Shown here piece after piece: positions 13,601 to 25,500 of a stretch of DNA of 64,000 bases; the first letter of the stretch is position 1, and each line of letters opens with the position of its first letter. Source of the stretch: Tubiluchus corallicola (lineage: Eukaryota; Animalia; Priapulida); contig JAQGDQ010000147.1 in assembly GCA_030141605.1 (NCBI GenBank), positions 1 through 64,000 on the forward strand. Reading direction: 5' to 3'. Made by a program: the position numbers and the translations under genes. The notes under the pieces are model-generated. The model searched no databases and had not been told where the DNA came from. It saw only the letters and a program-made list of their open reading frames with translations.

Positions 13601-16431
13601 TCTCTCTGCTTAGCTATTAGCAACCTACACTTGTCAATATAAACCATGAAGAATTAATAATGCATGCTATTTTCGATTTACTATGCAATTTAAGACTGGC
13701 CGACTTTACAACCGGCACTGTAACTTATTTATCTTTATCATATGTAACATGATATATCTTTGTACCACAGTACAGCACAAACAGGGTTTGATTATCATTC
13801 AAACTGATTGGTTCCTGACAGAGTGCAGCAGTAAAACGATGACGGTTTGTACTACGACAGCTACTGATATAGTGAGTTTTGTAACTCTATATGTCATAGC
13901 AAGACCAAAAGCAGGAAATAAGTTTAATTTGGACAATGAACTTACTGCACTTAAATGCAACTTACATTCATAATAACTTTTTTTGGGTGAAAGAGGCAAT
14001 GCAATAACAAAAAAAAACGAAATGACGGTTGATTCCGAGTGTTTTCACCACTGTCTGCAGCCACTGCACTCCTGCCAAGAGCATACGCATCAGGCAACAG
14101 TAAATGTATTTGGAGTTTGATGGCAATTTTTAACAAATGCAACAAAGTAAACTGTAGTTCCTGAATGATGCATCTCTTTAATATAAAATGGTAATAGCAT
14201 GACTATCTATGAAACTGTTCAATAGCTAAAATTTCTTACAGTACTGAATGCGCTTCTTTACCTGTTGTTGTGGGCCGTAGACTCAGACGGCAACACGTTT
14301 CAAACATGTTGTCACACAAGCCTCCAAACCCCAAACTAGTGCAACTCATGCCCATAGAACCGGTAGACACACCCAGAGCACAACAATCACAACATTCCTG
14401 TGAATAAACAATCAAGATTGATATTTTGATGCAAAACTGCAAATGCTTGTCTGTCTACAATAATCAACTGCTAGTCTACTACAAAGGTATTATTACTTCG
14501 AACATACTATTTTCATTTTTGTCAGCTGACAGTAATGAAAATTTAATTAAAAGAAAAATAAAACGATAATTTTACAAGCCATTTTAGTTCCAAAACATAA
14601 AAATGAGACCACAAGTTTCTGTGGCACCTCAAGCTGTTTTGGTTTCTAAGTGATGAGTTTAACCTAGCAAAAAAATCCAGTCCCAAAAATGTAGCTAAGC
14701 TGAATATTTTAACTGAAATTATTTATATATTTTAACATTTCTAAATCAGGACTGAAAACTGCAACAACAGCAAGTTGAAGATCATCACCATTGATTAGAA
14801 AAAATTGAATTTCTCGAAATAAGTTGCCCAAATATTCCTGAACAGCCCAAACATTGCATATTCACTTCCCGGTTGGGATAACTTCATTATGACTTCACTG
14901 CTGAGTCGTACCGAATGAAGTCAAAAATAACAGAAAAACATGCAAAATTTTCAAGGTCATAATATAACCAATGAAAAACAATCTACATTGCTGGTGGTTT
15001 TGTTGGCAGGTTCCCAATATCAGAAGCTGAGCAGATCACACCACAAAAGCACTCATCTAACCCACATTATTTTTTTAAAGTCCATAACATAATTTTAATG
15101 TAACCATATGCATTTTTGAACTTTAGTTATGCCAATGGAATCTAGAATTACCTTCATGGCCATGCTCCCGGGACCATCATGCGCTGATATCACACATTCT
15201 TCCCTTGCCAGTGCCACCTGTACGCCGCTGTCGCACATCTTTCTCTGAACCTGCCGCTGACAGCACAAGCCTCGTATCTGTATACAGGAGGCTTGATCTT
15301 CCTCCTAAAAATAAGAGCACAATTTTATCCACTAAAGCATTTTTTCATAAAAAAGCCAACATATACAGCATAAATGGTTTTGAATTGCAAATTGTTTACT
15401 TAGTGTAAATGTTTGTCAAAAGGTGAGCAGTTTAACCAAAGTAATAGCAATAGGGCCAAACCAAACTAATAGGGCCAATATGCCCAAATATTTTGCCTTT
15501 AAATTACAAGGGCCCATACGATTATTTTGCAGAGGCCTCTAAAAGCATAATTTAGTTACTGGCCCAGCCAGAGGTCTACACTTGGTAAAAGAATGGAATG
15601 AGGAAGACTCAAAGTCCGACTGATTTGACACTGGAGAGATACGTGTATTCTACAGTACCTAAAATGAAATGGACTAACCTTGACTCCGGGAACGGGAACA
15701 GGAAAGTCCACACAATTCCTGTGCTGCCGAAACCAATCATCGCCCATGGCACAGCATTCGTCAACTTTACCAAGAGCAGCTGTAACATCGATAACATATT
15801 TTACAAATGTAAACTCATCAGTTTCTTCAAACACATTTCTTACTTGCAACACAAAGATATGAAATACTGAACGCCTATGCACAAAGAATTAAAATGATAA
15901 GTTTTGCAGCGGTTCACAATTTTAAATTATTGTAAATGTTTTTAGTTTAACAGAGATTTGGTTAAATACAAAATGTGGCTTAGGTGGTACCATTTTAAAA
16001 TAGCTTAACATAGCGTTTAATTTCATGCACATCATAGCAGTGGAGAATAAATCAAATTATTCACAGTACATTTGTGACTATGAAAAATCTGAAAATAACA
16101 CTGATACACAGAATTACGCTATAACATAGACTTCTTGAAAAATTGTTTTAATATAAATGTAGTAGTAGCTAATATAAATGAGGGTACAATATAATTTTAC
16201 GAAGTAAATGAACATTGAAATCCACACATTCACATTTTTTGTCGTTTATTTATCCACACATATTTATTTATTAGCTATTTATTTTTTCATAGATAGAATA
16301 ACCTTATTGTATTTACCCCATAATTTTTTAATCTCATTTGTGAACACTTATCTAGATTACTCACCGTTTGTGAAGTTGCCACAAAATGCAATGGACAGTA
16401 GACACAGAATTAATCGTCCTATGGAAGACAT
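617..16431 (-). CDS. Fibulin-1/2-like extracellular matrix protein (signal peptide + 3 anaphylatoxin modules + tandem EGF/cbEGF), 3' partial
   Basis: 17 coding exons joined in frame through GT-AG sites: 16365-16431 ([22 protein letters not shown], signal-like); 15679-15779, 15152-15304, 14262-14397 (CC-rich anaphylatoxin modules, e.g. ECCDCCALG); 12688-12819 (EGF); then cbEGF exons 12138-12281, 11420-11469 + 10379-10481, 8908-9066, 8542-8682, 7854-8042, 6815-6955, 4500-4634, 3563-3703, 2429-2572, 1915-2073, 617-757 (D-I-D/N-E-C ... C-x-N-T-x-G-S-Y/F-x-C). About 745 codons with no stop in the window. The AT + cbEGF architecture is characteristic of fibulin-1/2. Confidence 0.9.
2370..2402 (+). 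repeat. (ATC)n microsatellite
   Basis: atcaccatcatcatcatcatc... in a fibulin intron. Confidence 0.85.
3722..3800 (+). repeat. (ACA/ATA)n imperfect microsatellite
   Basis: acaacaacaacaacaacaac... run in the intron just 5' (on - strand) of a fibulin exon acceptor. Confidence 0.85.
3995..4445. repeat. Degenerate repeat built of GACTT(G) motifs, probably an old MITE
   Basis: Many gacttga/gacttag/ggactt motifs in about 450 bp; no clean TIR or TSD found. Confidence 0.55.
5574..6585. mobile_element. Non-autonomous hAT-type DNA transposon
   Basis: TIRs CAGGGGTGTGCAAA (5574) / TTTGCACACCCCTG (ends 6585); perfect 8-bp TSD AGCTACAG at 5566-5573 and 6586-6593; GGGCCAC/GGGCCGC subterminal motifs. Confidence 0.9.
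10659..10690. repeat. (AT)n microsatellite
   Basis: About 16 AT units. Confidence 0.9.
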
Positions 16432-17241
16432 GTTAAATGTAAAGAAAAAATCAAAAGTTTTTGGCACAATAAAAGGTCAAGGAACCTTTAATGTAGTTTG
16501 ACAGTGCACAAGAAATCTGTCTAGCTACCAGCAATGAAAACCAGCATTTCTTTGCCCAAATATTCTTATACCATTAGCACCTTGATACTAAATGTTGTGC
16601 ATTCTACAAGAGTCTTAGAGATCTTGCAATGATATTTGAAGGGTAGAGAGCAGTAAGCATCATAAATTTTACGATATTTGTACCCATACTGCAAGCAGAC
16701 ATTGACGATATTTATTATATTTGTTCTGCTAAGGTAAAGCCTGTCTTGTGTTTATTAACAGACATTATGCTAAATGGGAGTAAGATCGCACTGGGGCATG
16801 CAGACAGAAACAAAAAGTACATAATACTGAACACAATACACAGAAGACAAACGGTTAATGTAACACAAACCATGTAGTCCACGAAACTGTAAAGTAACAT
16901 AACATTAAGATAAGTGGAAGACTATAAACCCCCAGTTCCCAACTTTTTGGACTCCACGTACGGTGATGTACCCCTAATTTTTTACGCTATCACCTAGTAC
17001 TCCTTTGCCTGCCATAAACAAAATGAAAAACCAACACTGATGTAATGTCATGAATATTTTCATTTTATTGGACTGCTGTCCGCTTTTAACGGAAGCAGGA
17101 CGGATGGCACCGCGGCCCACACCATGCGGCATGTCTCAATTAAGTCGCTCAATGCCAAACCAAAACAGAACCCGAATAATAAAGTCGAAATGACAATTTA
17201 TTACTAAATATTACACCCCCAATAAGGAACAAACGGCTTAC

Positions 17242-17310
17242 CTAAAAGAACGGAGTTTGCGGCAAAGCCTGTGAAATGTGAACAGAGCTGCAATGAAAGA
17301 CACGACCACT
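17242..17310 (-). other. Putative non-coding first exon of the fibulin gene
   Basis: Starts at an Inr-like TCAGT, contains no ATG, ends in the strong donor AG|GTAAG at 17241. Confidence 0.55.
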
Positions 17311-17344
17311 GACAAGGGTCTACAGCAGACCTTCCCTTTTTATA
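17308..17344 (-). promoter_or_regulatory. TATA box + initiator core promoter of the fibulin gene
   Basis: Minus strand TATAAAAA starts at 17344 and TCAGT lies at 17312-17308 (A+1 at 17310), a spacing of about 34 nt. Confidence 0.55.
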
Positions 17345-20300
17345 AGCTCAGGTGTGCACGTGACTAATGGCTTTTACTAACACAAGGTGCAGAATAGGAG
17401 TCTGTGCTAGATAAAGCCACATTCACATGCACACCTGAGAAGTCTACTGTATTCCTCTGCCAGCATTACACTTCATCTCATCACAGCCCTGCAGTACAAT
17501 ATATATTATACGTATTGCTCCAATCAAGTGCACTAAAAGCACTAAATGTGAGTTCAATGAGATGGCTGTTGTTGCATAGCAGAAATTAACCTTTTCAATC
17601 GCGGTTCAGTTTTCGACAGACTGACTCTCATATCTTCACAGATGTCAAAAGGGTTTTGCGCTTTTGTCTTGATTGTCACCATCATAGAAAAGCCTGCTTC
17701 ACACAGGAAAAAGTTCATTGGAAGCTTTAAAGTGGACAGGGGTCAAGAACTTGATAAAAAGCCATTAATTGCTGGCACAGTCAATAGAGATGTCTGAATC
17801 ACCGCTGACTATTATACAACACTACTTTTTTAAGATCGTTTCTGTGAATACACCACATGGTTAAACAGCGAATCCCGTTTACTATCGATATTTAATTAAT
17901 GTGCTTTAGAAAGTTATAACAACGTAAATCTCGCTCTAAATGTCACACCTTAAAGACTCAGAAACTTCTAAAATAGTGTACTTTTATAATTTTCAGCAAG
18001 AAACTTATTATTACTGAAGTTATAATTGGATTATAACAATAAAGTACTAACTATCAGGCCTATATGCAAAACACAATGTGTTATTGTTTCTTACAATGTG
18101 GTCACAATGTATTATGATTTCACATGATTAAAAACAGCAAAAAATTTGCAATCGTATACATTTTCATTAGCAATGTGAGCGACTCTACCGTATATTGTAA
18201 AATGGTTACTGAGGTTCTAAATACATTTAAAAATTTACAGAACAAAATACAAAACCTCTGTGATTATGTAACCTGATAAAGGGAGTAGTGGTTTCCTGAA
18301 ATATCATTAATTTTAATTTTTCTTGGAAGTGATTAACAACCTATTTATTTTTCTTATGGATGCACATCACCACTCACCTATTTTCAAAATACAAAACACT
18401 GTGATGTTTCTGTAACATGTTTATTAAACAATATTTTTTACAAAACAAATAAGTTAAATATAGAAAGTAATTAAATCTTTGTGACCTATTCTACACATAA
18501 GAAAAATTACCGTTTTCCAAACACGAAGTTTATAAAATATGTCGAATTGTCAAGGCAAATACAGGAATATCGTTTATTGCTGATTATTCTCTGGTGTTGA
18601 TGGTTAGTTAAACATGATAGATTTGAAGCCGTAGGTGTTGGGATAGCAACAAATGGGATAACAACATATGTACAGTGAGCAGCTAGACAAGTTACAATCA
18701 GTACTATGCAGTATACCCAAAAATCAAGCACTACAGGAACTTAAACAATTTTATCTCAAGAGAGAGATAAAACACTCAGTGTTCTGAATGTTCATAGTAA
18801 TTATCAATAACAACAATTGACGTCAGCAAATATGCAAAACTGAACCCTTTTGATAAATCAAAGTTTGAGTATTGACTACTGATTTTAGCAACCAAAAAAT
18901 ATTCAAAAGACCATGAACACAGATGTGAGACAACACTCATAATACTGTCTCTCTCTTAAAATGAAATTGTGCAAATTTTAATTATAGAATAATTGCGTAC
19001 AGTAGAGACTACCCCAGTATGTCTAGCTGCTTAATGCTCACATTTTATATCCATTTAGCACCTACAGTGATTGCCCAGAATCAATTCAAATTTTTCAGTG
19101 TGAAGGGTAGATTTTCGCAGTACGCTACGTGTAGTGAATAAATCAAAATCAAGCTTTAATGTCTCAGATTTCTAAAGTATACCATTTTACCTAGACTAGA
19201 ATGAGCCACAGGATTTGAAAAACTGAAAATTACTGCATCTACATTTTACAGAAAACTTGTTCGTCGGTTATGAATAAGAATTACACCTACAGCATCTTTT
19301 TACAAAAAAGTGTCTTATAAATATAAATAATATTCATAACATTAATATTTATAAAGCAGCATTAAAAATCACTGACAGTATTATTACATACGACGTGTAC
19401 TTGTGAAAACTAAAATTATAGTACATATTTAACAATGAACGTTGCATAAAATTTAAATGAGATCAACTTTAGTGAAAACAATGGCATTGTGAAAATTATA
19501 CAATCAGCAGCAGTAAAGAACACGAGCCATTGTCCACATAAATAACAAGACTTTGCATCAAGTTTTGAGAAGCAATGAAAGAGCAGCCTATTGTTAAGCC
19601 AGATTTTCATGGGGCCCTGATTTTTTTTGAGATAATCGAAATTTGTTTTTAACTGCAACAGTGACCAAAAAAATCTCGCAAACTATGTTTTGTCTATGCA
19701 ATCATTCATGTGAAGTTCGGTGACTCTCGCCATATTTTTGCGAATTTCGGACTTTTTTCCAGCAATGTCGCATGTCGTGTTTACGTATATTCGACTTCTG
19801 CGACATGGCAACTGTTGCATGACATTCACGCGAGTATATTGTGATCATTTTATGAAATTTCAGGAATTTTCACAGAACAAAGTGAGGGACAACCGAGGTT
19901 CACAAAAATTTTTGTGAAGAATAGTCACAAACTCGTTGCAAAATTGACCAAAACTTCGCAAAACGTTCTCTAAATTTCAGCGGATTCTGACAAACATTGC
20001 AACAAATTTGCTTGTGTTTGGCAAATGTCCAAAAAACGATACGAAGATTTGGCGAGGTAGTGCATTTTGTGACTCCGGTACAAACTTTAGACATTTTAAA
20101 ATTTTTTTTTGCTGAAACAAGTGGTCTTTTGGCAAAACCGATGAACACCCACGAATATTTTGCAATTACTTGGGGAATATTTGGCACACATTTTGTAACT
20201 GTTGGACTTAGAAATTTTCGGATAGTCACCAAAGTTGCAAACAGCGTGAAAGTTTGACTTTCCTTTTTGCAGAAATTTCTTTTCTTGTCTGAGTGTGCCC

Positions 20301-22365
20301 AAACTGCAGGTCTCATTACTTCAACACTGCAGTGATTTGCTGTACAATAAAAACATTTCATAGCATACCTATATAGAGGTAAATTATTGTCTGGCAAAAT
20401 ACTTGGAATTCCGAGCAATGTATAACTATTACAGGTATTTTCTCCTGCAGAAAAGTCCGCACAACAAGAACTGCAAGTAGTTATTACTAAAAATAATTTC
20501 ACATGTACTTTAGCTGCACATGACAAAAAAAACGATGAATAACCAAGAAACAACTCCCATTTAGAACTTTGTAATCGACCAGTAGGGGGCATAATGATTG
20601 AAATTTCTAAGCTGCAATAACTCGAGCATATTTTAGAACTCTGGGATTTTAGAAACTTTCCTCAAAAATGAAATATTCGTTGTTTAACAAATGGTTTCAA
20701 AAAAAAAAATTTTGATGCACATGCAGTAAGAAATGCCAAGCGTGTCCAGAAAAAGATCTGTATAGCGAGGGTGTCATGTTATTGTACATATACAGCAGTG
20801 TCACATACAGTAAAAAAGAGTTGGAAACCATACATTATTATTATTTTGTAATTAAAAGGATGTTATTAATATAATTGTTCATTATACTAAATATATATAT
20901 TAGACTAAATGTACTATTAGATATTATTAGCACAGGAAATTTCTTAAAGTGAGATGGCAATACAATGATTCAAAAGGCAAACAAATCAAACCCATTAATT
21001 GTCCTGATCACTAAACAATGGGCTGCACGTTCATAGGCAGAAACAACAGTACATGCAGACACACTTGCAAAGTACTAATCGATTTGCAGGTTAACCAATC
21101 TCTTGATTATGCCGGTGCAGCATTTAAATCTGCAGTCACATGTAAAAATTTGTGTCAATTGAAAAATCATATCACTTCATGAATAGGTAGTAGTTTACTC
21201 AAATTACTCTACAACTAACCATTTGGTCTTATTCAACAGCTCTTACCCTTCGTAAATAAACATAATACTACCATACCGTTTCATTTGGTATTAGACGTGC
21301 TGCTTGCAAAGCTGTTTCTTCTTACCATTTCTGCTGCAAGCAAACTTGATGGCAGATCAAACAACCCGCAGAAGAGACTCACCCATTCACGACAAAACTA
21401 CAGCACCAAACAGCAGTTCAGGTTTGCAACACGAAGACTAGCACAAACAATGAAAACATAGAAACTTTTGTGTCAGACACCTAAAAAAATGATAAGGTCT
21501 CGTTAAATTGTTTTTTCCAAAATAACGATAATCAAAGAAGATTTTTTCACGAAAAAAGTAGTAAAACAAGAGTAAAAATTAAAACGGACGGCATTACTAA
21601 ATGAGCTAAAACTTTCTGCATGGGCCTACCACTTGAAAACAAAACAAAAATTTTCCACTTATTCTAGGATTCTGGCAATAAAAATCAACTGATGTTCACA
21701 AGGTAATCTCATTACTTGCCCGAAAGCCCTCTATATGCTGTAAGCAGAAAACAACTTGTACGCAAATCTGCCAATTTGTACTTAAATAATATTATTTCAT
21801 TTAATATTATTCTCTTGGATATTTAATTAATCTACCCTTAAATGGTAATACCATTGTAAGCCATGATCAAAATATAATTATATTTGATATTGTTCAAACA
21901 TTCACAAAAAATATTCGCAGATTCGTCCGTTAGTGCAGTGCAGCGTTGAATGCAGTTTTATGTACACGTTAAAATTTTTGCTTATAAGCACGTAACATAG
22001 TAACACTATCTTTATGTAATTTCATTTATTATTATAAAAATTGCCTGTATGCCATTTCTTCCCGAGGTCTCTGTATCAGTGCTAACTGTGGCCAAAAGTT
22101 ATTTGTTTTTTGCCAATAAAAATATGGATATAAAAAACCCTAAATTAATGTTGTACTGTGTACTCATGATAGGTTTCTTGTCTAACAGTCGCTTAATATC
22201 TATACGTTTTCTGCTACAAATAAAAATTAAAATGTATCACTGAAGCTATAGTAAAAAAATTCTTACTTTAGCAACTCCTGAAATATCTCTATGCTCATAC
22301 GGTTGACATTTTTTTCAGTAAATAGTTTAACATAGGTTGGTGACATTATAATTACCCCTAAACAT

Positions 22366-22400
22366 TGTTATGTTATGTTATGTTATGTTATTGTTATTGT
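22366..22400 (+). repeat. (TTATG)n/(TTATTG)n short tandem repeat
   Basis: gttatgttatgttatgttatgttattgttattg. Confidence 0.75.
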
Positions 22401-22555
22401 TACAGAACTCCTATTGCTTATGTTGTTTGAAATGCTGAATCATGAAAGCATTAACATCAACAAAGTTCTCATACATCTATTTGTTACCAACGCTTCCTTC
22501 CACATATCTAGTGCGGTGACATTTTTCAGCTATAAATGAATTACAAATAGCAAAA

Positions 22556-25500
22556 TCAGCACTCACACAATCGGTCCAGGAATTTTCGCGGGATGCCCAA
22601 ACTGGATAATAACTGAGAGTAGGGGATACTGTCTAACTGCTTGTTATACTGCAATAACCTGCTCCAACAGATTTCTTCTAGTTTAGGAACGTTGAGCCAA
22701 ATACCATACGTCGCCGCCGTTCGTTTATTTTCATCAATGTTGTAAACTCCACCGAAAATGAGCATGAGGCCACTCTGAAAAGCAAAGTGACTAAAAGACA
22801 AGTGTTTAAAAATAGCCTACAATAACTGAACCGTAAGAGCAAGACAAGAGGTTGAATGCAACTGGTATTTTTGTCATAACTATATGTGATTAACAAAAAC
22901 TGATCAAAACAGACACACAATTGCCATACCAATAATTTTGAACAAAATTTCAGGCATAAATTACGTTAATGTTTGCCATCAGTAAAACAAAACTCAGTAA
23001 TTTTTTGCAAGATTTAATATACATAACAATCACATATATCTTATGCATATCAATATGCATATACATATCAATGTATCTAGGATGTGCTGCTATGCTGCCT
23101 CAAATTAAAAGTGCAAATGCTCGAACAAAATGCTAATGAAGTGCGAGAGTTTTTACTGAAGTCACAGTTGCAGCGTGAAAGTAAACAGGCACCGGCATAA
23201 CGGCACTGAATTTTGTCCACTGTAGAGTGGGGAGGTGTAGTCGCCACAGATCACCAAAAATCTGCTCTCCATCATAACCACCACTGATATAAACATCTAT
23301 AAAAAACAAACAATTTTTTCCACAATGAATGTTTTTTACAGAATATAAGGTAAACATATTTAAAAAGTAAATGCAATAAGTAAAATGAGTCAAACTGCCT
23401 ACAGTTTTCTCAGCTACATGCAAAATACATCCAAACCTTTTCTGCTGATAGTCAATAACAAAGCAAACTCAATACCAGTATCATCTATTAAATTTCAAAT
23501 CTAAAAAAGAATTCCAGGGCTGTTGCGACTTTACAGTTTAGCATTACTAGACTTCTAACATTAACAATTAATAACAATAATCCACATTATTATCCTGACT
23601 TTACCTTTAACCAATACTATCTTACCATCACACATTTGCACTAAACTGTGACACCGCCTTGCTTGCGGGAAGCCGTGTGTCCTATCCTTTATTGTAATCC
23701 TGTACTCCCAGTTACAAGTGTTGAGATTGAAAGACGGTATTTTTCCCAAGTCGAAGACGCTCGTTGCTGTCCCTCCTCCGATCATATACAGGTACTTGCC
23801 ATCACACGCAAGCTCATGGCGATACCTTAAGGAAATGTACGAGATATTCATTAATTAGATTATAACTGTGATTGCCAGAGTGTTCATAAACCATTGTGAC
23901 TTATTTTTAACAGTTATTATCCACTGTGGATAATGAGTTGGAAAAAGGAAGGAGATGCTGGAAAATTGTGGACTAGTCAGGACTTGAACCAGAGACAAGG
24001 GATAAGTACTCCCATCCTCTGCCAGTTTAGCTACTAGTTCAACATGACAAAACAGACCACAGATTTCCTCCTTGTAGGTCATAATCCAATAGCATTACCT
24101 GTACCCATGACAGTAGCGGTATACTTATGGTATCAACACTTTTCTCCAATCAGCTGGCAACTAACAATATCATTAATTAGTTAGATTATGGCTGTGATTG
24201 CTAGAGTGTTTATAAACCATTGTGACTTATATTTCTGCCATTATTCTGAGAATTGTCTTAGAAAAGTATGTATAGTAAACCCCAGTTATAATACACTTCA
24301 GATATATCAGGCTATTCGATCCACTCTGGCCACAAGTCTGCTAACAATGATGGCATGTGACCGGAGTCCAGACCTGGTCCTCTGGCTGATTAGACATGTA
24401 CTGCACTGCTCATTTACCTTGTGCAATTTATCAACATACCATAAATTAATTTACTCAAAGTAGTATAATTTAGCAACTGTAAGTAAAATAATCAGTGAAG
24501 AGTGCGATAATAATTTGATGCAAGCTTGTAATGAGCATATATATTGTTATATTCACTCTTTTTATGTTAACATAAAATTATGACAAATATGCATGCCAGG
24601 TTCAAAGGCCACTAACTTAACAGCTTAATCCTTCCACTACAGGGTTAAATAGACTAATGACTAGTCTAGCAATATAAAATAAATGAAAATACATAGCCAT
24701 GGCAAGTTTATGAACTAATATTATTAAGCATTTCAGAAACAAGCTGATGGGATTCATGTTTACATTACTCAGAAAACATTTAGAGTGACTAAATTGAAAA
24801 ATCCAATTTATTAGATGATTTTTCCAATAAAATGTGCTATCAAGCACTTCCAATTTCCGATTGTAAATTACCCAGTTCGTCGTTTCGCGAGTTGACCGCT
24901 AGTTGGAGGACCAACACTACATCCTACATCCGAACAGCGTACATTGTATTTCAGCATGTTTAAGTGGTTTAATCAGCGAGTGTAAGTGGTCCAAAGCCAA
25001 ATAGGCGGAGTTATTTGAGTCAACTGCCGACAGTTTTTATATACTTTTGCATAGAACCAGCCCGTGCTAGACGTTTTTGAGACAATTAGGCAATTGACTC
25101 TACATTACCAGAGTCTAATACATGGCACCTAATGTACTGGCTTAGTATAAGTAAATACGGACATTAGGCCTGTAACGATACATCCTTTTGTAACGATACG
25201 TGTATCGTCAAGATGCACCAGTATCGCGATAATGTGAATCACTGATATTTAGCACAAGCTAGAGTGTCCACTGATAAAAACAGCACGAAATAATTCAAGC
25301 TACGCATTATTCAATCAATGCAGTGAGCGCAGCATATATGGGCAGCTTGACCTTGACAAAGGTAGACCTGCTGCTAGCAGCCAGCCAAAGCAAAGCGGTT
25401 GAAAGTGTGATGTGTTTATAATAATGTATAGTAAGCTAATTACATTTTTGCTTATAAGTTTATGAAATGGCTTGCAGTAAATGTGAACTAAAAACACATC

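Noticed and set aside
617-16431. Fibrillin, hemicentin or LTBP as alternative identities
   Set aside because: No TB, Ig or VWA domains; the signal peptide is followed directly by anaphylatoxin-like modules
19900-20592. 230-aa minus-strand ORF
   Set aside because: No recognisable domain; overlaps a degenerate repeat with ORFs in several frames
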